Assembly: GCA_963851265.1 (NCBI GenBank)
Contig: CAWKNZ010000012.1
Span: 32,001-96,000, forward strand
DNA from: an uncultured Gemmatimonadales bacterium
GTDB taxonomy: Bacteria > Gemmatimonadota > Gemmatimonadetes > Gemmatimonadales > Gemmatimonadaceae
Length of the DNA stretch: 64,000 bases
Direction of reading: 5' to 3'
A program made the translations under genes and the position numbers. This document shows positions 53,881 to 63,584 of the stretch, piece by piece; the stretch's first letter is position 1; the number at the start of each line of letters is the position of its first letter. The notes beneath the pieces were generated by a model. The model saw only the letters and a program-made list of their open reading frames with translations, was not told where the DNA came from and did no database searches.

Positions 53881-55272
53881 TCAGAGGCGGTTGAAGCCCG
53901 CGAGCGCCGCCACCTTGTACGCTTCGGCCAGCGTGGGGTAGTTGAACACGGTGTCGCGGAAGTACTCGATCGTGCCGCCGAGGGCGAGCACCGCCTGCCC
54001 GATGTGGATCAGCTCCGTGGCCCCGTCGCCGATCGCGTGCACGCCGAGCAGGCGCAGCGTGTCGGGGTCGAAGAGCAGCTTGAGCATCCCCGTCTCGTCG
54101 CCGAGGATCTGCCCCTTCGCGAGCTCCTCGTACTTGGCGATCCCCACCTCGTACGGCACCCGCGCCTCGGTGAGCTGCTCCTCCGTCTGCCCGACCATCG
54201 ACATCTCGGGCACGGAGTAGATGCCGTAGGGCAGCAGCTCCCGCGCGGCGACCGTCGCCGGCGCGCCGAACATGTGGGCACCCGCGAGCCGCCCCTGCTC
54301 GTTGGACGACGAGGCGAGCGACGGGAAGCCGATCACGTCGCCCGCGGCGTAGACGTGGGGCACCGCGGTCCGGCCCCACGCGTCCACGGCGAGCTTGCCG
54401 CGCGCGTCGGGCGTTAGGCCGGCCGCGCCGAGGTTCAGCAGGTCGGTGTTCGCCTGACGCCCGACGGTGTAGAGCAGCGCGTCGCTGTGCACGCGTTTCC
54501 CGCTCTCGAGCAGCGCCTCCACGCGGCCCCGCTCGTCGAGGCGGACCGACGCGACCGTCTCGCCGAGGCGGAACGTGGAGCCGCGCCGCCGCATGTGGTA
54601 GAGCAGGCCGTCGATCAGCTCGCGGTCGACGAAGTCGAGCAGGGTCGGGCGCTGATCGATGATCGTGACCTTGATGTCGAGCGCGGTGAACATCGACGCG
54701 TACTCCAGCCCGATCACCCCCGCGCCGACGACGATGAGCTCGCGCGGGAGATCGGTCACGCCGGGCAGCTGGTCGGCGTCGAAGATGCGCTCGCCGTCGA
54801 GCGGGATCTGGGTGCTGCGGGCGGCGCGCGTGCCGCACGCGATGAGCACGTGGGCCGCGCGCACCAGGCTCGCGGCCCCGGCCGACGAGAGCACCTCGAT
54901 CGTGTGCGGGTCGACGAAGCGCGCGGTGCCCGCGAGCGTCGTGATCCCGTTGCGCCGGAGCTGGTTGCGCACCACCTCGGTTTGCCGGCCCACCACCGCG
55001 TTCACCCGGTGGGCGAGATCCTTGGCGGAGATGCTGCTGCTGACGACGTAGTCCTTGCCGTAGAACGTGCGCTGCCGGAACCCGCTGAGGTAGAGAATCG
55101 CCTCGCGCATCGTCTTGCTCGGGATGGTGCCCGTGTGGATGCACACGCCGCCGACCATCTCCTGCCGGTCGATGATCGCGACGCGCCGCCCGAGCTTGGC
55201 CGCGGCGATGGCGCCCTTCTGCCCCGCCGGGCCGCTGCCGATCACGACGAGATCATAGTCGTACGTGTCCAT
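53881..55272 (-). CDS. sthA: Soluble pyridine nucleotide transhydrogenase (Si-specific)
   Basis: VIGSGPAGQKGA, GGVCIHTGTIPSKT (CxxxxT), GAGVIGLEYAS, GDVIGFPSLAS, ELIHIGQ, FNYPTLAEAYKVAA. Confidence 0.93.
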   Translation of the reverse strand: MDTYDYDLVVIGSGPAGQKGAIAAAKLGRRVAIIDRQEMVGGVCIHTGTIPSKTMREAILYLSGFRQRTFYGKDYVVSSSISAKDLAHRVNAVVGRQTEVVRNQLRRNGITTLAGTARFVDPHTIEVLSSAGAASLVRAAHVLIACGTRAARSTQIPLDGERIFDADQLPGVTDLPRELIVVGAGVIGLEYASMFTALDIKVTIIDQRPTLLDFVDRELIDGLLYHMRRRGSTFRLGETVASVRLDERGRVEALLESGKRVHSDALLYTVGRQANTDLLNLGAAGLTPDARGKLAVDAWGRTAVPHVYAAGDVIGFPSLASSSNEQGRLAGAHMFGAPATVAARELLPYGIYSVPEMSMVGQTEEQLTEARVPYEVGIAKYEELAKGQILGDETGMLKLLFDPDTLRLLGVHAIGDGATELIHIGQAVLALGGTIEYFRDTVFNYPTLAEAYKVAALAGFNRL

Positions 55273-55363
55273 CGCCTCTCCACGGTGGGGTGCTCGACGC
55301 GCGGGGCGCGGCCGACGCAGAAAGTAGGATGGCTCCCCACGGCCGGACAGGTGAGCCGCTCCG

Positions 55364-58285
55364 CTACACGGCCCGATCCGGCGACGTCGCGGTCGGCGGG
55401 GCGTCGGTCGTCGGGGCGGCGCTCGGCGGGGTGGCACTCGGCGGGGTGGCACTCGGCAGGGTGAGCGTGAACGTCGAGCCGACGCCGACGACGCTCTCGG
55501 CCGTGACGTCGCCGCCCATGCCGCGCGCCAGCTCGCGACTGATCGCGAGGCCGAGTCCGACACCCTGTTGCGAGGCGTGGGTCAGATTGCGGTCGACCTG
55601 GACGAACGGTTCGAAGACGTGCGGCAGCTGGTCCGCCGGGATGCCGCGGCCCGTGTCGGTGACCCGCACGCGGACGACCCGCGCCGCGACGTCGTCCTCG
55701 CAGACGACGCTCACGCGGCCGCCAGCCGGGGTGAACTTGCCCGCGTTCGTCACCAGGTTGAGCAGCACCTGCCGCACCTTGTCGGGGTCGGCCCGCGCCA
55801 CGCAGGGCCGCTCGGGGTCATCCGGCTCGCACGCGTCGTGGACGTACGTGAGGCCCTTGGCCGTCAGTTGTGGCCCCACCAGCGTCTCGAGGTCCGCCAC
55901 GAGGGGACCGAGGCGCACGACCTCCGCGCGGTACTCGACCCGCGCCGCGTCGAGGCGGGCGAAGTTGAGCACGTCGGTCACGAGCGTCGTCAGGTGGTCG
56001 TTGGCGCGGCGCAACCGCTCCAGGTCCGCGGACTGTGCCGGCGTGACCGGCCCGCGTACGCCGAGGGCCAGCAGCTCCGCGTAGCCCGCGATGGCGTTGA
56101 GCGGCGTGCGCAACTCGTGACTCATGGTGGCCAGGAACTGCGACTTCGCCCGGTTCGCGGCTTCCGCCTCGGCCCGGGCCGCACGCTCGGCCGCGAACAG
56201 GCGGGCGCGCTCGAGCGCCTGCGCGCACTGGCGCGCGACCGCCTCGAGGAACGCGCGCGCCGCGGGGTCGAAACGCCGGGGCTCGCCGTAGTTGAACGCC
56301 AGCGCCCCGATCACCTGCCCGACGCCGTCGGTGAGCGGGAGCGCGGCCGACGCCCGCGCCCCGGTGGCCGCATACACGGGTGGCAGGTCCGCGTACGCCC
56401 GCCCTCCGGCTTCGGGGTCCTCGATCCACACGGACCGCTGCTCCCGGACCACGGCCGCGACGGGGAGCGGCGCGTCGAGTGGCAGGTTCGCGAAACGGGC
56501 GTCCGCGCCGGGCGGGTACCCGTACGCCCCCGCGAGGGTGAGGCGTGCCCCGTCCGCGCTCGTGAGCAGCACGAGCCCGGTGATCGCCCCGAGTGCCGGG
56601 ACGCCACGCTCGAGCAGCACGTGAACCACGGCCTCGGGGGTGAGCGCCGCGCTGAACGCCGCCGTGAGCGCCTGCAGCAGTTGCGCGCGCCCGACGGCCA
56701 CGCGTTCGGCCGTGAGCAGCTGCTCGCGCTCCGTCACGTCGGTAGAAGTCACCACGCCGCCGACCACGGCGCCGTCGGCGTCCCGCACGGGGGCCGCCGA
56801 GAGACTCACGAGCACGCGCGATCCGTCGCCGCGCGCGACCTCGACCACCTCGTCCTCGACCACCTCGCCGTGGGCCAGCGCCCGCGCGAGCGGCCACTCG
56901 TGGCTCGCGATCGGCTGGCCCGCGCGCGGACCGTCCCGGTGCGTCGCGACGTAATCGGCGCTGTAGTCCTCGACGCTGGCCGAGGCCGGCGCGCCGCCCC
57001 AGATCCGGCGCACGGCGGCGTTCCCCATCACGAGGCGCCCCGTCGGGGCTTCGGCGATGTGCACGCCCAGCGGGAGCTGCTCCAGCGTGGCCGCGAGCCG
57101 GCGACGCTCCAGATCGACCTCGGCGCGCGCCGCCTCGCTCTCGGCCAGCAGTCGGGCGCGCTCGCCCTCGGCGCGCACGCGCTCGGTGACGTCCCGCCAG
57201 AACAGGGCGACGCCCCCCGGGGTGTCACCGGTCGGGGCCGGGTACGCGTCCACCTCGACCACGAACGCGAGCCGGCCGTCCGAATGGTCGTGCGTGAAGT
57301 GGGCGGAGACGCCCGCGGCCGCCCTCCGGCAGTGGTCCTCGAACGCGGTGCCCACCGCGCCCGGGAACACGTCCCAGAAGTCGCGCCCGAGAAGCTCCCC
57401 GCGTGGCAGGCCCCGCCCGCGCTCCATCGCCCGGTTGACTTCCACGATCCGGAAATCCGCGTCCAGAGCGACGTACGCATCGGCGGTCGCCTCGAGGACG
57501 GCCACCGTGCGCGCCCGCTCCGCCTCCGCCAGGTCACGCGCGGCCCCGAGGGCTTCGGTCCGCTCCTCGAGTTCGACCGCGGTCGCTTCGAGCTCGTCGG
57601 CCTGCGCTTCGAGTTCCGCCGCCTGCGCCTGCAGCAGGCGGTTCGATTCCTCCAGGTCGGCCTGCTGGGCCAGCAGCTGCGCCGTGGAGGTCGCGGCGGC
57701 GGCGGCGGCGGTCCGGAAGTCCAGTTCGCGCTGGGTGGCCGCGGCGAGTTCGGTGAGCACCTCGATCTCGTCCGCCGTCCACGCGCGCGGCCGCGTGTCG
57801 ATGGCGCAGAACGCGCCCACCGTCTGGCCGCCGGCCACGAGGGGGAGGCCGACGTAGGCGGCCACGCCGAGCGTCCGCACCGTCGGCACGTCGCGGTACG
57901 CCGGGTCGGCCGCCGTATCCGGGATGACGAGCGGCGTGGTGCGCTGCACCGCGTCGTGGCAGAACGTCGGGCCGGTCAGTTCGCGGGCCGTGGCGAGCGG
58001 CTCGCCGAACCCGCACGCCGACTTGTAGAAGTCGCGGTTGGCGTCGACGAGCGAGACGAAGGCGGCCGGTACGCCGACCAGCCGGACGGCGAGGCGCGTC
58101 AGGCGGTCGAACGTCTCCTCGACGTCGGTGTCGAGGAGCCCGGTCGCGTGCACGGCTGCCACGCGCCGCGGGTCGGTCACACCGGCGGGGGGGGCGACCG
58201 CGCGCGGATCGGCCGCGGTCGCGTCTCCGCCGCTATCGTCCGCGCTCGCCGCGGCCGCGGTGGGCGTTGTCGGGGAAGCCGTCAT
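55364..58285 (-). CDS. GAF-PAS-PAS-GAF sensor histidine kinase
   Basis: DPRRVAAVHATGLLDT GAF, PAS domains, second GAF, FLATMSHELRTPLNAI, NLVTNAGKFT, GVGLGLAIS. Confidence 0.93.
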   Translation of the reverse strand: MTASPTTPTAAAASADDSGGDATAADPRAVAPPAGVTDPRRVAAVHATGLLDTDVEETFDRLTRLAVRLVGVPAAFVSLVDANRDFYKSACGFGEPLATARELTGPTFCHDAVQRTTPLVIPDTAADPAYRDVPTVRTLGVAAYVGLPLVAGGQTVGAFCAIDTRPRAWTADEIEVLTELAAATQRELDFRTAAAAAATSTAQLLAQQADLEESNRLLQAQAAELEAQADELEATAVELEERTEALGAARDLAEAERARTVAVLEATADAYVALDADFRIVEVNRAMERGRGLPRGELLGRDFWDVFPGAVGTAFEDHCRRAAAGVSAHFTHDHSDGRLAFVVEVDAYPAPTGDTPGGVALFWRDVTERVRAEGERARLLAESEAARAEVDLERRRLAATLEQLPLGVHIAEAPTGRLVMGNAAVRRIWGGAPASASVEDYSADYVATHRDGPRAGQPIASHEWPLARALAHGEVVEDEVVEVARGDGSRVLVSLSAAPVRDADGAVVGGVVTSTDVTEREQLLTAERVAVGRAQLLQALTAAFSAALTPEAVVHVLLERGVPALGAITGLVLLTSADGARLTLAGAYGYPPGADARFANLPLDAPLPVAAVVREQRSVWIEDPEAGGRAYADLPPVYAATGARASAALPLTDGVGQVIGALAFNYGEPRRFDPAARAFLEAVARQCAQALERARLFAAERAARAEAEAANRAKSQFLATMSHELRTPLNAIAGYAELLALGVRGPVTPAQSADLERLRRANDHLTTLVTDVLNFARLDAARVEYRAEVVRLGPLVADLETLVGPQLTAKGLTYVHDACEPDDPERPCVARADPDKVRQVLLNLVTNAGKFTPAGGRVSVVCEDDVAARVVRVRVTDTGRGIPADQLPHVFEPFVQVDRNLTHASQQGVGLGLAISRELARGMGGDVTAESVVGVGSTFTLTLPSATPPSATPPSAAPTTDAPPTATSPDRAV

Positions 58286-58455
58286 GGGCGCGTCCCGTAT
58301 GCAAGCGCCACGCGCGGCGCGTCGAGACGTGCGGCGCTCGGTCATTCGGCGGCGCGGCGCGCGCCTTCCACAGCGGCAGGTTCACCTTCGCCCGTGGTAC
58401 TGGCCGCGGAGCGTCGGATGGCGGAGGATATCGCGACCCGTCCGGTCGCGCGCGT

Positions 58456-58800
58456 TCACGATGGCGAGGCGGACCCGGAGCCGGTCGTGCCCGCGAGCGC
58501 GACCACGTCGTAGTGCGCCGCCTCGGCATCGTAGCGGGCGAGCAGGGCCTGCGCCGCCGCGGGCACGACGCACCGCTCGTACGGCATCCCCGCGAACCCC
58601 ACGACCGCGTCGATCGAGCTGAAGAACATCGTCGTCACGAACTCGACGCCATCGGGCACGTCGCGCCGGTCGACCCGCATCCCGTGATACCCGTCGATCT
58701 GCCGCGCGGAGATCCCGGGAACGACGGTCGTGAGCAACAGGTGCTGATACGCGTCGGCGTTCTCGGGGGTCGTCCAACCGTGCCAGATGCGGCTGACCAT
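58456..58800 (-). CDS. ABM-like (dimeric alpha/beta barrel) protein
   Basis: MVSRIWHGWTTPENADAY..GYHGMRVDRRD..VEFVTTMFFSSIDAVVGFAG..YE..VVP. Confidence 0.85.
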   Translation of the reverse strand: MVSRIWHGWTTPENADAYQHLLLTTVVPGISARQIDGYHGMRVDRRDVPDGVEFVTTMFFSSIDAVVGFAGMPYERCVVPAAAQALLARYDAEAAHYDVVALAGTTGSGSASPS

Positions 58801-59204
58801 GGGCACCAACGGGAGAGGGGTGAGCGTCGGACGGTCCGCGGCCACGCACCGCCTCCGACGCAGGATGTACGCAGGATGTACGGTGGTGTCGAACCGGGAG
58901 GGCAGCGGCGCGAGCCGGCGTCGAACACGACGATGCCGGAACGACCGGGCGCGATCGGCGGCGCAGACTCGTGCACCATCATACGTGATGCGCGTCCGGG
59001 GAGGATCGGTGCGCACGACGGAACCACTTCCGGCGGACCGGACGGTGCCAATCGCGTCATCCCGGGGGCGGGCATTGCCCGCCGCCGGGCGTCGACGTAC
59101 ATACGGACCAGTCCCCCTGCGCGAAGCGCCTAACACGATCGCATCGCATGCACACCGCCGGTCCGTCATCCCCGCCCGCGCCGCCGATCGCCCGCGACGT
59201 CCGT

Positions 59205-59383
59205 AACCGGGAGCTGGTGCTCCGGCTGCGGGCGTCGGGGGTCGCCCCGTCCACACCACCGTGCTCGGCGAGCGGTTCGTGATCCACGTCGCGATCACGA
59301 ACCACCGCACGCGCCGCCCCGGCCTCGGTCGCTTCACGGGCGCGGCGCGCGCGACCGGCGGCGAGCTCCGGCGCTTCGCCTAA
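59205..59383 (+). pseudogene. Frameshifted C-terminal remnant of a group II PLP-dependent (aromatic amino acid-type) decarboxylase
   Basis: NRELVLRLRASGVAPS, then frameshift, then TTVLGERFVIHVAITNHRTRR..GGELRRFA*; no start codon or upstream body. Confidence 0.6.
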
Positions 59384-59406
59384 CGGAACCGCTCCCCGCC
59401 CCGGCG

Positions 59407-60306
59407 ATGCGCATCGTTCCGTACACCGCGGCGCACCGCGCCGCCTTCCGCGATCTCAACCTCGCGTGGCTGCGCGAGCACTTCACCGTCGAGCCGCGCG
59501 ACGCACGCGACCTCGGCGACCCGGAGACCTACATCCTCGGCGACGGCGGCTTCATTTTCGTCGCCGAGCGGGACGGAACGGCCGTCGGGACCTGCGCGCT
59601 GCTACGCGCGCACGACGCCGGCGACGGCACGTACGAGCTGGCCAAGATGGCCGTGGCCGAAGACGCACGCGGGCAGGGCGTCGGCCGCGCGCTCGCCGAG
59701 GCCGCGATCGCCCACGCGCGGGCCCTCGGCGCCTCGCGCGTCGAGCTGTTCACGAATCCGCGCCTCGCGCCCGCCGTCCACCTGTACCGACGCCTGGGAT
59801 TCCACGAGGTGCCGATGACCGCGGCACCGTACGGCCGTGCGGCCCTCAAGATGGCCCTCGACCTGCCGCGGGGTGGGGGCGAATCCGACGTTCCCGCGGC
59901 GTTCGCGTCGGCCGCGTACGCGGTCAGCGTGCGCGAGCGGGCAGATGGCACCGCGGTGCGCGTGGAGCCGGCGACGCACTACGAGTGGGGCGCGGGGTGC
60001 GACGGGTGGCACCTGCTCCGGCACCCTGCCCTCGCGGTGATCGCCGAACGCATGCCCCACGGGACCGCCGAGGTGCGGCACCGGCACGTCATGGCTCGCC
60101 AGTACTTCCTCGTCCTGGCCGGCGAATTACAGGTCGAGTGCGACGGTGCACGCCACGTGCTGCGTGCGCGCCAGGGCCTGCACGTTCCGCCCGGCGTCGC
60201 ACACCAGGTCCTGAACGCGTCGGGTGTCCCGGCCGACTTCCTCGTGATCTCGGCGCCGCCCAGTCACGGCGACCGCGTCGCCGCGCCGCACCCGGCCGAT
60301 GCCTGA
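59407..60306 (+). CDS. GNAT acetyltransferase - cupin fusion protein
   Basis: FRDLNLAWLREHF, YELAKMAV..ARGQGVGRAL, AVHLYRRLGF; C-terminal HYEWGAGCDGWHL..ERMP..EVRHRH..QYF..HQV..PPSHGDR. Confidence 0.85.
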   Translation: MRIVPYTAAHRAAFRDLNLAWLREHFTVEPRDARDLGDPETYILGDGGFIFVAERDGTAVGTCALLRAHDAGDGTYELAKMAVAEDARGQGVGRALAEAAIAHARALGASRVELFTNPRLAPAVHLYRRLGFHEVPMTAAPYGRAALKMALDLPRGGGESDVPAAFASAAYAVSVRERADGTAVRVEPATHYEWGAGCDGWHLLRHPALAVIAERMPHGTAEVRHRHVMARQYFLVLAGELQVECDGARHVLRARQGLHVPPGVAHQVLNASGVPADFLVISAPPSHGDRVAAPHPADA

Positions 60307-60334
60307 CGATTCCGTCGTTCCCCATTCCCGTCCC

Positions 60335-61231
60335 ATGTCGCCAACACCCTCGCAGCCCTCCGGCCACCTCCGACGCGTGGCGGTCTTCACGACCGATCCT
60401 GAGGGCGGCAATCCCGCCGGCGTCTGGGTCGGCGACACCCTGCCGGATGCAGCCGCGATGCAGCGCATCGCCGCCGACGTCGGGTACTCCGAGACCGCGT
60501 TCGTGGCCCCGGCAGGCGGCACGCAGCGCGAGGTGCGGTACTTCAGCCCCGAGGCGGAGGTCCCGTTCTGCGGTCACGCCACGGTGGGTGCCGGAGCCGT
60601 GCTCGGCGAGGCGAACGGGAACGGGACGTATCACCTGTCGACGTCGGTCGGTGTCGTTCCGGTCGTCGTGCGCACGCGTGACGGCGTGCGGGAGGCGTCG
60701 CTCACGTCCGTCGTCCCCCGACACACGGCCGCCGACTCCGTACTCGTCGGCGACATCCTCGACGCGCTCGGCTGGGACGCCAGCGAGCTCGATCCTGCCA
60801 TCCCGCCTGCGCGCGCGTACGCCGGGGCCTGGCACCTCGTCCTCGCCGCCGCGGCGTCGGAGCGGCTGGCGCGACTGACCTACGACTTCGACCGCGTCAA
60901 GCGGCTCATGCTCGACGCCGGGCTCACGACCCTGCAGCTCGTCTGGCGCGAGTCGCCGACGGTGTACCACGCGCGGAACCCGTTCCCCGTCGGCGGCGTG
61001 GTCGAGGACCCTGCCACCGGCGCGGCGGCCGCGGCGCTCGCGGGCTACCTCCGCGACAGCGGACTCCTCGCCGTGCCGGCGCGGGTGCACGTGCGCCAGG
61101 GAGAGGCGATGGGGCGGCCGAGTCACCTCGTCGTCGACGTCCCGGCGCAAGGCGGGATCGTCGTCACCGGTGCCGTGGTCCCCATGCCGGACCCGCATGA
61201 GCCCGCCCGTGCGGCCTCGGACGGCCGTTAG
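60335..61231 (+). CDS. PhzF family isomerase
   Basis: GGNPAGV, GYSETAF, RYFSPEAEVPFCGHAT, VVEDPATGAAA, QGEAMGRPS. Confidence 0.93.
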   Translation: MSPTPSQPSGHLRRVAVFTTDPEGGNPAGVWVGDTLPDAAAMQRIAADVGYSETAFVAPAGGTQREVRYFSPEAEVPFCGHATVGAGAVLGEANGNGTYHLSTSVGVVPVVVRTRDGVREASLTSVVPRHTAADSVLVGDILDALGWDASELDPAIPPARAYAGAWHLVLAAAASERLARLTYDFDRVKRLMLDAGLTTLQLVWRESPTVYHARNPFPVGGVVEDPATGAAAAALAGYLRDSGLLAVPARVHVRQGEAMGRPSHLVVDVPAQGGIVVTGAVVPMPDPHEPARAASDGR

Positions 61232-61317
61232 GCATTCGACGTTGGCTGCGACTCGGCGCGTGCATCGGACTCCACCGACGACCGCGGTTGCGGGCGCCCC
61301 ACTCACCCGTTCTCACC

Positions 61318-61881
61318 ATGGACCGACTTCCGCCTGACGCCGCGCTCGTCCCCATCGACGTGCAGCAAGCGTTCGACGACCCGCGCTGGGGCCAACGGAA
61401 CAACCCCGGTGCGGAAGCGAGGGGCGCCGATCTCCTGCGGGCGTGGCGGGCGAGCGGCCGCCCGGTCGTTCACGTGCGGCACGTGAATCCGCGACCCGGC
61501 AGCCTGTTCAATCCGGACGGGCCCGGCGTGCCGCCCAAGCCCGAGGCGAGGCCGGAAGCCGGGGAGCCGGTGATCACGAAAGACGTGAACAGTGCGTTCA
61601 TCGGGACCGATCTGGAGGCCCGCCTCCGGTCCGCGGGGATCACCACGCTCGTGCTGTTCGGGTTGACCACCGATCACTGCGTCTCGACGACGGCGCGCAT
61701 GGCCGGCAATCTCGGGTTCGACACCTACGTCGTGGCCGACGCGACGGCCACGTTCGAGCGCACCGCGCCCGGTGGGCGCCACTACACCGCCGACGAGATG
61801 CACGACACCGCGCTCACCAGCCTGAGCGGCGAGTTCGCCACCGTGGTCGACACCGCGGACGTTCTCGCCGCGTTGCGCTGA
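61318..61881 (+). CDS. Isochorismatase-family cysteine hydrolase
   Basis: PIDVQQAF, VVHVRH, KDVNSAFIGTDL, GLTTDHCVSTTAR, VVADATATF. Confidence 0.92.
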   Translation: MDRLPPDAALVPIDVQQAFDDPRWGQRNNPGAEARGADLLRAWRASGRPVVHVRHVNPRPGSLFNPDGPGVPPKPEARPEAGEPVITKDVNSAFIGTDLEARLRSAGITTLVLFGLTTDHCVSTTARMAGNLGFDTYVVADATATFERTAPGGRHYTADEMHDTALTSLSGEFATVVDTADVLAALR

Positions 61882-61933
61882 GCGCGCCGCTCGGACCGTC
61901 CGATCGTCCGTACCGAACCTCGGCTCTGCCGAG

Positions 61934-62284
61934 TCACACGTCGGCGTCGGCGGCCGCGGCGCGGATCCCGTCGACGAGGGCGAGGGGCGCCCCGCTCGGT
62001 TCGACCGCCACGGAGACGTGACCGCCGCGGACCGGAACGACGAGTTGAAAGAAGTATCCGTACCGAACGAGCACGAACTCGAGCCCCCCACAGTCGATGC
62101 GCCCGCGCTGACCGGCGAGCGTGAGGAGCGTCGGATTCACGATCAGCTCCTCGTAGCGATCGGACTCCGCAGCGCTCGCGTTCGGCGCGGCACGCGCGGC
62201 AAGATCGAGCTGGCCGTCGACGTACGTCGCGACGTAGCGCACGTCGGGCGACAGCGCGAACACGCGGGCGGCGAGCGGGGTCAT
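61934..62284 (-). CDS. Hypothetical protein (possible roadblock/profilin-like fold)
   Basis: C-terminal 116 aa of ORF 61934..63304, from ATG 62284: DVRYVATY..SDRYEELIVNPTLLTLA.QRGRIDCGGLEFVLVRYGYFFQLVVP..HVSVAVE. Confidence 0.65.
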   Translation of the reverse strand: MTPLAARVFALSPDVRYVATYVDGQLDLAARAAPNASAAESDRYEELIVNPTLLTLAGQRGRIDCGGLEFVLVRYGYFFQLVVPVRGGHVSVAVEPSGAPLALVDGIRAAAADADV

Positions 62285-62355
62285 CGGTGTGGCGAGAGGG
62301 GCAAGTAGGGGTGGCGCGCACGCGGCCCGGACGCTCCGCGTACGCGATCCGTGCG

Positions 62356-63483
62356 TCACGCGGCGGCGAGCGCCCGCCCGATGTCCTCGATCAGATCGGC
62401 GGCATCTTCCAGTCCCGCGCTCATGCGAACGAATCCGGGCGGCACGGCATCGCCGCCCCACCGTGCGCGCCGTTCCGCCGTCGTGTGCGTTCCCCCGAAG
62501 CTCGTCGCCTCGCGAACGATCCGGCACGACGCGAGGAACCGCTCCGCGGCCGCGCGATCGGCCAGCGTGAAGCTGACCACCGGGCCGAAATACTGCATCT
62601 GCCGCGCGGCGGTCACGTGGGCGGGATCGGCCGCGAGCCCCGGATAGCGCACCTGCTGCACCGCCGGATGCGACTCCAGGAACTCCGCGATCGCCTGCGC
62701 GTTCGCGCAGCTCCGCTGCAGTCGCACGTCGAGCGTGGCCAGCGAGCGGTGCGCGAGCCACACTTCCATCGGGCCGGGCACCGCCCCCGTCCGCGTCCGC
62801 CACTCGCGGAGCGTGTCGGCCCACGCGGCGTCGCGCACCGCGACGTGACCGAGGAGGAGGTCGCCGTGGCCGGTCAGCGCCTTCGTGTCCGAGGCGACCG
62901 AGAAGTCCGCGCCGAGCGCGAGTGGCACCTGCCCGAGCGGCGTCGCCGTGGTGTTGTCCAGGGCCACGAGTGCCCCCGCCTCGTGGGCCGCCGCGGCGAC
63001 GGCCTGGACGTCGCACACGTCCAGCGTCGGATTCACCGGGCTTTCGATCCACACGAGGCGCGCGCCGCGGACGTTCCCGGCCGCGGCGGCAGCCGTCGGG
63101 ATTTCGCGCACCTCCACCCCGTTGGGCGCGAGGTGCTCGCGAACGAGCGCGCGAATGGTGTAGTAGCCGTCGCTTGGAAGGACCAACACATCCCCGGGGC
63201 GCAGCACGACGCCGAGCACGGCGGCCGCGGCGGCCATCCCCGATGCGAAGGCAACGGCCGATCCGCCTTCGAGGTCGCCGAGCGCGGCCTCGAATCGGGT
63301 CCACGTCGGATTGTGGTATCGGCCGTACGTGTACGCCGTCTCGGCCGGGTCGCCCGCGGCGTGGTACACGGCGGCGAAGGTCGGTCCGGGGAGGAACGGC
63401 ATCCCCTGCTCGGGCGCGGGCACGCCCGCGTGGACCACACGCGTGGCGGGCCGGGGCCGAGGCGGTACGGGTGGTTCCGACAT
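62356..63483 (-). CDS. Cystathionine gamma-lyase / Cys-Met metabolism PLP enzyme
   Basis: YGRYHNPTW, FASGMAA, WIESPVNP, LDNTTATP, SDTKALTGHGD (PLP Lys), ATSFGG, RMSAGLED. Confidence 0.9.
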   Translation of the reverse strand: MSEPPVPPRPRPATRVVHAGVPAPEQGMPFLPGPTFAAVYHAAGDPAETAYTYGRYHNPTWTRFEAALGDLEGGSAVAFASGMAAAAAVLGVVLRPGDVLVLPSDGYYTIRALVREHLAPNGVEVREIPTAAAAAGNVRGARLVWIESPVNPTLDVCDVQAVAAAAHEAGALVALDNTTATPLGQVPLALGADFSVASDTKALTGHGDLLLGHVAVRDAAWADTLREWRTRTGAVPGPMEVWLAHRSLATLDVRLQRSCANAQAIAEFLESHPAVQQVRYPGLAADPAHVTAARQMQYFGPVVSFTLADRAAAERFLASCRIVREATSFGGTHTTAERRARWGGDAVPPGFVRMSAGLEDAADLIEDIGRALAAA

Positions 63484-63584
63484 GAGACGTCCGGTCTGCG
63501 GGAGGAATCGTTGCCGAGTGGTGAGACGCGCCGGGTGCGCGACCGCCTCGCGCGATGCCTGCACGCGGAACGCGGCGGTGACCG

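Noticed and set aside
60335..61881. Phenazine biosynthesis cluster (PhzF plus isochorismatase)
   Set aside because: No phzE, phzA/B or phzG; both families are widespread outside phenazine producers.
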